A stretch of DNA of 64,000 bases, taken from Anaeromyxobacter sp. GTDB taxonomy: Bacteria > Myxococcota > Myxococcia > Myxococcales > Anaeromyxobacteraceae. This document shows positions 33,710-43,250 of this stretch, in pieces. Within the stretch, counting starts at the first letter, position 1. Every line of letters starts with the position of its first letter. The notes beneath the pieces are model-generated. The model ran no database searches and had not been told where the DNA came from. It saw only the letters and a list, made by a program, of their open reading frames with translations. The stretch is from NCBI GenBank assembly GCA_049840735.1, contig JASGJN010000001.1, forward strand, positions 1-64,000. The letters are read 5' to 3'. The translations under genes and the position numbers were made by a program.

Positions 33710-34201
33710 CTAACGCCGCCTGGCCCGCGCCATGGCGCGGCCCATCTCCCGCTTGGACTCGCGCTCGGCGATCGCGTCGCGCCGGTCCTCGTGCGCGCGC
33801 CCCTTGGCCAGGCCGATCTCCACCTTGGCCCAGCCGTCCTTGAAGTAGAGCTGGAGCGGGATGAGCGTGTAGCCGCGCTGCTCGATCTTGCCGCGCAGCC
33901 GGTCGATCTCGGCCCGCTTCATGAGGAGCTTGCGGTCGCGGAGCGGGTCGTGGCCGAAGTGGGCGGCCTGCTTGTACTCGCCGATGCGGCAGTTGACGAG
34001 AAAGAGCTCGTCGCCGCGCGGCTGGGCGTAGGCGTCGGAGAGGTTGACGTTGGCCTCGCGCAGCGACTTCACCTCGCTGCCGGACAGCACCAGCCCAGCC
34101 TCCCAGGTGTCCTCGATGGCGTAGTCGAAGCGCGCCCGGCGGTGGGTGGCCACCACCTTCACGCCCTCGGGGACCTTGCCGGCCTTGGAGCCCTTGGCCA
34201 T
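33710..34201 (-). CDS. smpB: SsrA-binding protein SmpB
   Basis: HRRARFDY, EAGLVLSGSEVKSLR, HDPLRDRKLL, GYTLIPLQLYFK and GLAKG motifs; the ATG overlaps the panC stop. Confidence 0.95.
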   Translation of the reverse strand: MAKGSKAGKVPEGVKVVATHRRARFDYAIEDTWEAGLVLSGSEVKSLREANVNLSDAYAQPRGDELFLVNCRIGEYKQAAHFGHDPLRDRKLLMKRAEIDRLRGKIEQRGYTLIPLQLYFKDGWAKVEIGLAKGRAHEDRRDAIAERESKREMGRAMARARRR

Positions 34202-35076
34202 CACGGCAACCTGGCGTTGTCGATGAGCCGCGTGGTGCCGTAGAACGCCGCCAGCAGCATCACGCTGTCCGGCTCGGCCCGCTCCACCGGCGCGAGGGTG
34301 GCGGGGTGGACCACCTCGACGTAGTCCACGCGCGCGCCGGAGGCCTCCAGCCTGGCCCGGGCGGCCGTCCGGAGCGCCGCCGCGTCGCGCTCGCCGCGCG
34401 CGGTGGCCCGCTGCGCCTCGGCCAGCGCGCGGGAGAGCGCCAGCGCCCGGGCGCGCTCGTCGGCGGAGAGGTAGGCGTTGCGGGAGGAGAGCGCCAGGCC
34501 GTCGGCCTCGCGCACGATGGGCATGCCCACCACCTCGATCCCGAAGGCCAGCTCCTCGGCCATCATCCGCAGCACCGCCAGCTGCTGGTAGTCCTTCTCG
34601 CCGAACAGGGCCACGTGGGGCCGGGTCAGGTTGAAGAGCTTGGCCACCACGGTGGCCACGCCGCGGAAGTGGCCGGGGCGGGAGGCGCCGCACAGCCCCT
34701 GCGACACGCCCTCCACCGTCACCCAGGTCTGGTGGCCAGGCTTGAACATCAGCGCCGGATCGGGCGGGGCGAAGACGCGGTCGACGCCGGCCTCGCCGCA
34801 CCTGCGCAGGTCGCCGTCGAGGTCGCGCGGGTAGCGGGAGAGGTCCTCGCGCGGCCCGAACTGCGTCGGGTTCACGAAGATGGTCGCCAGCGCCAGGCCG
34901 CGGCCGCGGCCGCCGCCGGCGTCGGCGCGGCGCCGGGCCTCGCGCATGAGGGACACGTGCCCTTCGTGCAGCGCGCCCATGGTCGGGACCAGCGCCAGCC
35001 GCGCCCCGCCCTCGCGCGCCGCCAGGCAGCTCGCCTGCCAGGCGGCGGGATCGGTCACCAGCTCGGGAGTCTTCAC
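34201..35076 (-). CDS. panC: Pantoate-beta-alanine ligase
   Basis: VPTMGALHEGH, IFVNPTQF, RPGHFRGV, FGEKDYQQL, GLALSSRN and RLIDN motifs. Confidence 0.95.
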   Translation of the reverse strand: MKTPELVTDPAAWQASCLAAREGGARLALVPTMGALHEGHVSLMREARRRADAGGGRGRGLALATIFVNPTQFGPREDLSRYPRDLDGDLRRCGEAGVDRVFAPPDPALMFKPGHQTWVTVEGVSQGLCGASRPGHFRGVATVVAKLFNLTRPHVALFGEKDYQQLAVLRMMAEELAFGIEVVGMPIVREADGLALSSRNAYLSADERARALALSRALAEAQRATARGERDAAALRTAARARLEASGARVDYVEVVHPATLAPVERAEPDSVMLLAAFYGTTRLIDNARLP

Positions 35077-35140
35077 GTCGGGTCACTCCGTGGCCGCCGC
35101 GGCGGCGCTGCGTGCGCTCGGGCGCGGCCGGGGCGCAGGA

Positions 35141-36070
<930 letters not shown>

Positions 36071-36083
36071 GTTCACCGACCTC

Positions 36084-36113
36084 CGGTGCCGGCCTCTGGC
36101 GAGGTCCAGCCCG
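36084..36113 (-). ncRNA. pan RNA motif-like cis-regulatory stem-loop in the panB leader
   Basis: Minus-strand CGG-GCUGG-A-CCUC-gcca-GAGG-CCGGC-A-CCG folds into one stem with two bulged As, immediately before the panB RBS. Confidence 0.55.
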
Positions 36114-36130
36114 TACGTGGAATCGCCAAT

Positions 36131-36778
36131 CTAATACGGCCGCGTCCCCAGCGGCACGTAGTGCTGCGTCCCCTTCCGGTGGCGCCGGATCACGGCCAGC
36201 AGCGCCTCCAGGTCCTCGGGGTTGGACTCGACGTCGATGTCGCTGGTGTTCACCACCAGCAAGGGGGTCTCGTCGTAGTGGTGGAAGAAGTCGGTGTAGG
36301 CGGCCGCCAGGGCCTGCAGGTACTTCTCGTCGAGGCTCCGCTCGTACTCGCGCCCGCGCTTGCGGACGCGGCGCAGCAGCACCTCGGTGCGGGCCTGGAG
36401 GTAGATGACCAGATCGGGCTTCACCACCCGGGGGCCCATGAGGTCGTAGACCTGGTGGTAGAGGGCCAGCTCGGCCGGGGCCAGCGTCAGGGCGGCGAAG
36501 ATCCGGTCCTTGGCGAACAGGTAGTCCGCGACCGTGGAGCGGCTGAACAGGTCCTGCTGGAAGAGGGCCTGCTGCTGCTGGAAGCGCGAGAGCAGGAAGA
36601 AGAGCTGGGCCTGGAAGGCGTGCTTCTTCCGGTCGGCGTAGAAGCCGGCCAGGAAGGGGTTCTCGTCCGGCTGCTCGAGCACGGAGCGGGCGCCCAGGCG
36701 GTCGGCCAGGATCTGGGCCAGCGTGGTCTTCCCCACGCCGATGGGCCCCTCGATGGCGATGTAACGCGGTCGATCCAC
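36131..36778 (-). CDS. Deoxynucleoside kinase (dck/dgk family)
   Basis: IAIEGPIGVGKTTLA, ENPFL, QLFFLLSRF, PDLVIYLQA and RKRGREYE motifs. Confidence 0.9.
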   Translation of the reverse strand: MDRPRYIAIEGPIGVGKTTLAQILADRLGARSVLEQPDENPFLAGFYADRKKHAFQAQLFFLLSRFQQQQALFQQDLFSRSTVADYLFAKDRIFAALTLAPAELALYHQVYDLMGPRVVKPDLVIYLQARTEVLLRRVRKRGREYERSLDEKYLQALAAAYTDFFHHYDETPLLVVNTSDIDVESNPEDLEALLAVIRRHRKGTQHYVPLGTRPY

Positions 36779-36887
36779 TGGAGATCCCGAAAGAAAGGGC
36801 GACATTGCCACGCGGGGCCGACACCCGCAAGGAAGGCGTACGGCGTTACCCCAGAGTACTTTCGAGCTTCCCGCCGGGGGTGAAACC

Positions 36888-36926
36888 GTGATCTTTGGAT
36901 CAGGATCACCGTGATCCGCGGATCAC
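36888..36926. promoter_or_regulatory. Tandem GTGATC-N4-GATCA(C/G) palindromic sites
   Basis: GTGATCTTTGGATCAG (36888-36903) and the perfect palindrome GTGATCCGCGGATCAC (36911-36926). Confidence 0.55.
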
Positions 36927-36934
36927 AGTTCCCA

Positions 36935-36963
36935 TTGACAGTGCATGACGCCGCACGTATCGT
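36935..36963 (+). promoter_or_regulatory. Sigma70-type promoter
   Basis: TTGACA-17 bp-TATCGT, upstream of a GGAGG RBS and ATG 37000. Confidence 0.65.
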
Positions 36964-36999
36964 CACCCCGATTTCGCGTGCGGTTGGGTGGAGGTAGCG

Positions 37000-37275
37000 A
37001 TGGGCAGCCGGGTCGTGACGGGACAGCGTACGGTCGAGGCGAAGGTCACCCGGACGGAGGTGGCGGAGGACGGGATCGACCCCGCCTTCAGCCGCGCCAT
37101 CCTGAAGATCGCGCTCGAGCTCAAGAAGCAGAACGCGCCCAGCTACGACGACATCGTGGCCAACACCATCCGGTCCATGCGGCTCGACCCGGTCGCCTTC
37201 CGCCGCTACCTCGGCGAGAACGGCGCCCGGAACATGAGCCTCATGCTGGCCACCGCACGCACCGGCGCCCTCTAG
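37000..37275 (+). CDS. Small hypothetical protein (91 aa)
   Basis: RBS, promoter and GC3-rich codon usage. Confidence 0.7.
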   Translation: MGSRVVTGQRTVEAKVTRTEVAEDGIDPAFSRAILKIALELKKQNAPSYDDIVANTIRSMRLDPVAFRRYLGENGARNMSLMLATARTGAL

Positions 37276-37491
37276 GGCCGGCCGGTTCCACGGGCGTCCG
37301 TTCGACAGGTCGGGCGGGCGGGCAGAGGGTTCAGCGGACGGACGCCCGTGGTTTTACTGGCGGAGGCTTCGCCGCCGCCCCGCTTCTCCCTGGACCTCTC
37401 ACGGTCAACGCCGGCCCTCGCGGCCCCGCCCTTCCGTGGACCCACTCACGGCCAGCGCCGGACTTCTCACGCCGCCCCGGGAACCCCCCGC

Positions 37492-38352
37492 CTACCCCAG
37501 CGCGCGATCCAGCGCCGCCCACTCCGCCACCGTGAGCGTCTCGCCGCGCCGGCCGGGGTCGATCCCGGCCGCGGCCAGCGCCGCCGCCAGCCGCTCCGGC
37601 TCCACCACCCGCCCCGCCTCCAGCGCGTTGCGCAGCGTCTTGCGCCGCTGCGCGAAGCCGGCCTTCACCAGCCGCCGGAAGCGCGCCGGGTCGGCCACCG
37701 GCTCGGCCGCGTCGCGGAACCAGGCGCACAGCACCGCGCTCTCCACCCGCGGCGGCGGCCAGAAGGCGCCCGGCGGCACCCGCCGCTCCACCGAGACGTC
37801 CGCCTCGCGCTGCAGCAGGACCGAGAGCAGCCCCCAGTCCCGGCTGCCGGGAGGCGCGGCCAGCCGCTCCGCCACCTCGCGCTGCAGCAGGAACACCGCC
37901 CGCCGGATCCGCGGGGCGTGGTCGAGCAGCGAGAAGAGGATGGGGCTGGTGAGGTGGTAGGGCAGGTTGCCGGCCACCGAGAGGCGCGGGACCCCGCCCG
38001 GCGCGTCCGGGGTGCCGTACCGGTCGGCCAGCCCCGGCCACTCCAGCCGCGCCGCGTCCGCCTCCAGCAGCGTGATGGCCTCGCCCAGCTCGCCGCGGAG
38101 CACCTGCACCATCTCGCGGTCGCGCTCCACCGCCACCACCGTCGCGCCGCGCGCCAAGAGCTGCGCGGTGAGGTGGCCCAGCCCGGCGCCCAGCTCCAGC
38201 ACCGTCTCGCCGGCCCGCGGCGCCGCCAGCTGCGCGATGTCGGCCAGCACCGCCTGGTCGCCCAGGAAGTTCTGGCCCCAGCTCTTCTTGGCCCGCAGGT
38301 CGTAGCGGTCGAGGAGCGCGCGGGGGCTCGGGTAGGCCTTCGGCTCGGTCAT
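37492..38352 (-). CDS. rsmA: 16S rRNA m6,2A1518/1519 dimethyltransferase
   Basis: KKSWGQNFL, LELGAGLG, GNLPYHLTS, FWPPPRVES and FAQRRKTLRN motifs. Confidence 0.95.
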   Translation of the reverse strand: MTEPKAYPSPRALLDRYDLRAKKSWGQNFLGDQAVLADIAQLAAPRAGETVLELGAGLGHLTAQLLARGATVVAVERDREMVQVLRGELGEAITLLEADAARLEWPGLADRYGTPDAPGGVPRLSVAGNLPYHLTSPILFSLLDHAPRIRRAVFLLQREVAERLAAPPGSRDWGLLSVLLQREADVSVERRVPPGAFWPPPRVESAVLCAWFRDAAEPVADPARFRRLVKAGFAQRRKTLRNALEAGRVVEPERLAAALAAAGIDPGRRGETLTVAEWAALDRALG

Positions 38353-38353
38353 A

Positions 38354-39355
38354 TCAGAGGCGCCAGCCCGGATCGGCGTTGAGCCCGGCGCCGGCCCGCA
38401 GGCCGCGCGCCAGCGCGTGGGTGCCGGCCACGGCGATCATGGCGGCGTTGTCGGTGCAGAGCTTGACCGGCGGGACCAGCACCTTCATGTCGTCGTAGCT
38501 GGCCGCCTCCTCCGCCATGGCCGCCCGCAGCCGGCTGTTGGCGGCCACGCCGCCGGAGATCACCAGCCGCTCGAACTGCAGCCGCCGCGCGGCGCGGAAG
38601 GCCTTCTCCACCAGGGCCCGCACGATGGCCTCCTGGTAGCTGGCGCAGAGGTCGGCCAGCGCCTGCCCCTGCGGCACGCCGTGGCTGCGGACGTGGTGGA
38701 GCAGCGCGGTCTTGAGGCCGGAGAAGCTGAAGGCGAGGTCGGCCCCCTTGACGATGGCCTTGGGGAAGCGGACCGCGGCGGGGTCGCCGCCCTTCGCCAG
38801 CCTGTCGATGGCCACGCCGCCGGGGTACGGCAGGCCCAGCAGCTTGGCCCCCTTGTCGAAGGCCTCGCCGGCGGCGTCGTCGCGGGTGGAGCCCAGCAGC
38901 CGGTAGTCCCCGAAGGCGTGGGCCGCGTAGAGCGAGGTGTGGCCGCCCGAGACCACCAGCCCCAGGTACGGGAACGAGGGCGGCTCCTCCGAGAGGAAGG
39001 CGGCCACCAGGTGGCCCTCCAGGTGGTTCACCGGGACCAGCGGCCTGTCCCAGGCCAGCGCCAGCCCCTTGGCCACCTGCACGCCCACCAGCAGCGCGCC
39101 CACCAGGCCGGGGCCGCTGGTGACGGCGATGGCGTCCAGCGCCTCCGGCCCGACCCCGGCGCGGGCGAGCGCCTCGTCCACCACCGGCATGACCTGCACC
39201 ACGTGGTTGCGGCTGGCCAGCTCCGGCACCACCCCGCCCCAGCGGCGGTGGATCTCGATCTGCGTCGAGACCACGTCCGAGAGCACGCGGCGGCCGTCCT
39301 CCACCACGGCGGCGGCGGTCTCGTCGCAGGACGTCTCGAGGGCCAGGACTCTCAT
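38354..39355 (-). CDS. tsaD: tRNA threonylcarbamoyltransferase TsaD
   Basis: LETSCDET, GGVVPELASR, NHLEGH, VSGGHT, DDAAGEAFDK and CTDNAAMIA motifs. Confidence 0.95.
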   Translation of the reverse strand: MRVLALETSCDETAAAVVEDGRRVLSDVVSTQIEIHRRWGGVVPELASRNHVVQVMPVVDEALARAGVGPEALDAIAVTSGPGLVGALLVGVQVAKGLALAWDRPLVPVNHLEGHLVAAFLSEEPPSFPYLGLVVSGGHTSLYAAHAFGDYRLLGSTRDDAAGEAFDKGAKLLGLPYPGGVAIDRLAKGGDPAAVRFPKAIVKGADLAFSFSGLKTALLHHVRSHGVPQGQALADLCASYQEAIVRALVEKAFRAARRLQFERLVISGGVAANSRLRAAMAEEAASYDDMKVLVPPVKLCTDNAAMIAVAGTHALARGLRAGAGLNADPGWRL

Positions 39356-39399
39356 GGGCGAAGGGGCCGGCAGGCGGCGGACGCGGAGATTGGAGGAGG

Positions 39400-39431
39400 C
39401 AGGCCTCGGGCCTCAGGCTCCAGGCCTCAGG
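39400..39431. repeat. Short heptamer tandem repeat (CAGGCCT-like, about 4.5 copies)
   Basis: CAGGCCT CGGGCCT CAGGCTC CAGGCCT CAGG. Confidence 0.6.
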
Positions 39432-39454
39432 GGAAGACGCCACCGGCGGACTTA

Positions 39455-40945
39455 CTACTCCTTGCTCCAGGGCCAGCGCCAGGGCTTCTTGCGATCGGCG
39501 TGGTCCGGACCCGGGTGGCGCGGCGCCGCGGGTCGGGGCACCGGGAGGCGCGCCTCGGCGGGCTGGGACGACGGCGCGGCGTGCTGGGGCGGCAGCGGCT
39601 CGTGCAGCGACCCGATGGGCCCGGTGGGCAGCGTGACGGCCGGGCCGCCCAGCGACGGCGGCGGCGGCAGCGAGCCGGGGGGCGGCAGCGGCAGCGAGAA
39701 GGTGATGGGCCCGCGGTAGGGAGCGGGCGCGGCCGGCGGCGCGTGGGGGACGGGCGGCGGCAGGTGCGGGCGCGGGGCTGCCAGCGGCGCGGGGATGGCC
39801 GCGGGGGCCGGCGCGACCACGTGGACCGGCGCGGCCGCGTGGGCATGGACCGGCGACGGCACGGCCGGGGGCCGCGGCGCCGGCGGCGGCTCGAGCGGCA
39901 GCGGGGCCGGACCGGCGGACCAGTCCACCCCCTCGCCCTCGGCGGCGGACTCCGCGGCCGCGGCGGGGCGCGCGTGGGCGGCGGCCTCCTCGGCGGTGGC
40001 GGGCACCTCGCGGATGATCCCCTCGAAGAAGAGCTTGGAGATCACCCCGGCCGCGGCCAGGTCGTCGTAGTCCGCCTCCTCGATGACCTGCTCCAGCGTG
40101 CGCCGGCCGTCGAGGAGCCGGAGCAGCGTGTTCACGTCGTCGGGGATCTCGGCCAGCCGCTCGCCCAGCAGCGGCACGTCCAGCTCGAAGGGCCGATCCA
40201 GCGCCGGCAGCTGCTCGACGATGCGCCCCCACTCGTCGATGCGGCGCATGCCCTCCATCAGCAGCGCCTGCGTGGAGGTCTGGATCCGCTCCTCGCGCTC
40301 GATGGGCTTGAACTCGATGGCGAACTCGCCCTCCTGCCAGTTGAGGAGCCGGTAGAAGGCGTTCTCGCCGGCGACCTTCTCGCCCAGCTGGCAGTCCAGG
40401 ATGCGGCCGTCGCGGAAGTAGCAGATGGCCTCGGCGCCCTTGCGGCTCTTCACGAGGAGCGCGCCGGACTTCTTGCCCATCTCCAGCGTCTGCACCAGGT
40501 CCACCACGCCCATGTCGGCCAGGTTGCCGGCGAAGCTCGCCCGCAGGTCCTTCTTCTCCAGCCGCTCCTTCTCCCGCTTCTGGAGAAGGATCTTCACGCG
40601 GGTGACGATCTCCTTGATGTAGATGGGCTTCGTCAGGTAGTCCTCGACGCCCAGCTCCAGCCCCTTCACCTTGAACTCGACCGACTTCTGGCCGGTCAGG
40701 AAGATGAAGGGCGTGCTCCGGTGCCGCTCGTCCTCCTTCAGGCGGCGGCACAGCTCGAAGCCGTCCATCTCCGGCATCTTGGTGTCGGAGAGGATCAGGT
40801 CCGGCGGCGAGATCTCGCACTTGTCGAGCGCGTCGCGCCCGTTCACCGCGGTGGTGACCGAGAAGCCCGCCTTCTTGAGCGAGACCTCCATCACGCGCAG
40901 CGACTTGGGGTCGCCGTCCACGAGCAGGAGGTGCTGCTTCGCCAA
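39455..40945 (-). CDS. Response regulator with a DUF4388 domain and Pro-rich tail
   Basis: Receiver LLLVDGD...[11 protein letters not shown]...YLTKP; DUF4388-like [22 protein letters not shown]...[11 protein letters not shown]. Start approximate. Confidence 0.85.
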   Translation of the reverse strand: MAKQHLLLVDGDPKSLRVMEVSLKKAGFSVTTAVNGRDALDKCEISPPDLILSDTKMPEMDGFELCRRLKEDERHRSTPFIFLTGQKSVEFKVKGLELGVEDYLTKPIYIKEIVTRVKILLQKREKERLEKKDLRASFAGNLADMGVVDLVQTLEMGKKSGALLVKSRKGAEAICYFRDGRILDCQLGEKVAGENAFYRLLNWQEGEFAIEFKPIEREERIQTSTQALLMEGMRRIDEWGRIVEQLPALDRPFELDVPLLGERLAEIPDDVNTLLRLLDGRRTLEQVIEEADYDDLAAAGVISKLFFEGIIREVPATAEEAAAHARPAAAAESAAEGEGVDWSAGPAPLPLEPPPAPRPPAVPSPVHAHAAAPVHVVAPAPAAIPAPLAAPRPHLPPPVPHAPPAAPAPYRGPITFSLPLPPPGSLPPPPSLGGPAVTLPTGPIGSLHEPLPPQHAAPSSQPAEARLPVPRPAAPRHPGPDHADRKKPWRWPWSKE

Positions 40946-41072
40946 GGGGGGCCTCACTCGCGCGCCGGGAGGGGGGGTGCGCGCCTGGGCGGATCAGGCC
41001 GCAGAAAGGGGACCGAGTCAAGGCGGTGGCCACCGCCGCCCAGATCCACCGCCGGTGTGGGAAACCGGCGCC

Positions 41073-42752
41073 TCAGCGCTTCCGGCGCTCCAGCAGCCGC
41101 AGCTCGCGCACCGCGTCCACGTTGCGGGGGTTGGCCGTGACCGCCGCCCGGAAGAGCTTCTCGGCGCGGACGTCGTCCTTGTCGTCCCGCGCCAGGATGC
41201 CGGCGACGTACAGGCCGCGGTCGCAGGCCGGGTCCTTGGCCGCCTCGTCCGCCAGGGTGCGGGCGCGGTCCCGCTCCCTGCAGGCCGGGTCGTTGACGAT
41301 GGCCAGGGCCAGCGCGGCCTGGTACTCGGCGCGCCGATCGGCCCGCAGCGCCGCCTCGAAGAAGCTGCGCGCCTTCACGAAGTCCCGGGTCCGCAGGCAG
41401 GCCTCGCCCTTCTGGAAGTCGACGCGGGCGCCCTCGTCCGGCGCCGACGAGCCTGCCGCCGCGGACGCCTGGCGGCGCGAGGCCAGGTACTCGGCGCGCC
41501 GCTTGTCGTCGGCCAGCACCTCGTAGGCCTCGTTCACGGCGGTGAAGAGGTCCTTCACCTGCTCGGCCAGGTCCTGCAGCGAGGGGGCGGCGAAGCGGTC
41601 CGGGTGGAACTGCTTGGCCAGGCCCAGGAAGGCCGCCTTGACCTCCTCGCGCCCGGCCGTCTCCTGCAGGCCGAGCCGGGCGAACAGGTTCTTCTCCCGG
41701 GCGCGCGGCATCACGCCGGCGAGCGCCGCGCGCAGGCTGGCCTCGGGGGACCCGGGGGCGGCGGCGGGCGGCGGGGCCGGCGCGGACGCGGCCGGTCCGG
41801 GCGAGGGGGCCGCGGCGCCTGGCGGCGGGACCGGGCGGCCGGCGCCGCCGAAGGGCCCGATCCCCATGTTCCGCATGGCCTGCTGCAGCAGCTTCTGCCG
41901 GCGGGCGCGGGCCTCCGCCGGGTCGCTGCGGCGGCCAGGCGGGGCCGGCGCGGGCGGCGGCGTGGCCGCTCCCGGCCGGAGGGTCGGCCGGTCGCCCAGG
42001 TCGAGCCCGGCGGCGGTCTCGCCGGTGCGGCCGCCGCCGTCGGCCGGCACCGCCAGCCCCAGCAGCAGGAGCGCCGCCAGCATGGCCCGGGCCCGCTCCG
42101 GCGCGATGCCGGAGGTGCCGAAGAAGGCCTCCAGGCTGGTCGGCGACTCCAGGCGCGCCACCAGCTGCCGCTCGGTGTCGCCCCAGCGGAAGGAGCGGGC
42201 CACCTCGGCGTACCCCGAGGCCAGCCGCACCGACCCGGCCGCCACCGGCTGCAGCGCCGAGATGACGAGCGCGCCGGCCTGCGGCCGCTCCAGGGCGTCC
42301 ACGATGGTCCGGAGCGGGGAGAGCAGGTTGCGCGCCCAGTTGGGCACCGGCAGCGCCGGGTCGAACCGGTACACGCCGGCGTCGAGCTGCGCGATCAGGT
42401 CGAAGTACCCGGCCTGCTGCTCGACCAGGGCCCGGTCCACCTCGTCGCGGGTGACCGCCCCCATCTCCACCAGGATGTCGCCCTGGGGACGGCCGGACTC
42501 GGCCATGGTGGCCAGACTGCGCGAGAGGGCGTCGATGTCGATCCGGCCCGCCTGCAGCAGCAGGTGGCCGAGCGGCTTCACCCCGGTCACCACCTGGGCG
42601 CCGGCGGGGCGCCCGTCCCGGAGCCACAGGCGCGAGGTCCCGTCGCCGTGCGCGACCTCCAGCGCCCCGGTGGCGCGCAGGTTGAGCGCCTCCAGGAGGA
42701 TGGCCGCCAGCGGCGTTCGGGAGAGGTCTCCCGGCTCGTGGAGGAAGCTCAC
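41073..42752 (-). CDS. DUF4388-like + DnaJ-domain + TPR protein
   Basis: GDLSRTPLAAIL N-terminus; J domain KQFHPDRF...VNEAYEVL; TPR-like C-terminus. Confidence 0.8.
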   Translation of the reverse strand: MSFLHEPGDLSRTPLAAILLEALNLRATGALEVAHGDGTSRLWLRDGRPAGAQVVTGVKPLGHLLLQAGRIDIDALSRSLATMAESGRPQGDILVEMGAVTRDEVDRALVEQQAGYFDLIAQLDAGVYRFDPALPVPNWARNLLSPLRTIVDALERPQAGALVISALQPVAAGSVRLASGYAEVARSFRWGDTERQLVARLESPTSLEAFFGTSGIAPERARAMLAALLLLGLAVPADGGGRTGETAAGLDLGDRPTLRPGAATPPPAPAPPGRRSDPAEARARRQKLLQQAMRNMGIGPFGGAGRPVPPPGAAAPSPGPAASAPAPPPAAAPGSPEASLRAALAGVMPRAREKNLFARLGLQETAGREEVKAAFLGLAKQFHPDRFAAPSLQDLAEQVKDLFTAVNEAYEVLADDKRRAEYLASRRQASAAAGSSAPDEGARVDFQKGEACLRTRDFVKARSFFEAALRADRRAEYQAALALAIVNDPACRERDRARTLADEAAKDPACDRGLYVAGILARDDKDDVRAEKLFRAAVTANPRNVDAVRELRLLERRKR

Positions 42753-42764
42753 GCGGGGGCCATC

Positions 42765-43250
42765 TTACCGCGAGAGCTGCGCCAGCGCCGCGTACAGACC
42801 GATACCGGCCGCCACCGCCAGGTTGAGGCTCCGCTGCCCCGGGCGCATGGGGATGGCCAGCTGCCGGCCGGGCCAGGCGTCGAGGAGCGCCGGGGGGAGC
42901 CCCAGCTGCTCGTGGCCGAACACCAGGAAGTCCCCAGGCGCGAAGCGCGCCTCGAAGAGGGATGACGCCGCACGGGCGGTGAAGAGGTGGAGCTTTTCGG
43001 ATTGACCCCGGACCTCCCGCGCTTCAAATTCGGCCCAGCCCTGGTGGACCCGCGGGTCCAGCTCCGCCCAGTAGTCCAGTCCGGCCCGGCGGAGGTGGCG
43101 GTCGTCGAGGGAGAACCCCAGCGGGCCTATGAGGTGGAGCCGGGTTCCGGTGACGGCGCAGGTGCGGGCCACGTTGCCGGTGTTGGGCGGGATCTGAGGG
43201 GCGACCAGGACGATCGACAGCGGCGGTTCCAGGGAGAGCAGCGGGCGCAT
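42765..43250 (-). CDS. trmL: tRNA (cytidine/uridine-34-2'-O)-methyltransferase
   Basis: PQIPPNTGNVARTC, LHLIGPLGF, RRAGLDYW, FGHE and RSLNLA motifs. Start uncertain. Confidence 0.9.
   Translation of the reverse strand: MRPLLSLEPPLSIVLVAPQIPPNTGNVARTCAVTGTRLHLIGPLGFSLDDRHLRRAGLDYWAELDPRVHQGWAEFEAREVRGQSEKLHLFTARAASSLFEARFAPGDFLVFGHEQLGLPPALLDAWPGRQLAIPMRPGQRSLNLAVAAGIGLYAALAQLSR

Noticed and set aside
33528..33783. Diversity-generating retroelement TR/VR pair
   Set aside because: The mismatches are not adenine-specific and there is no reverse transcriptase in the window.
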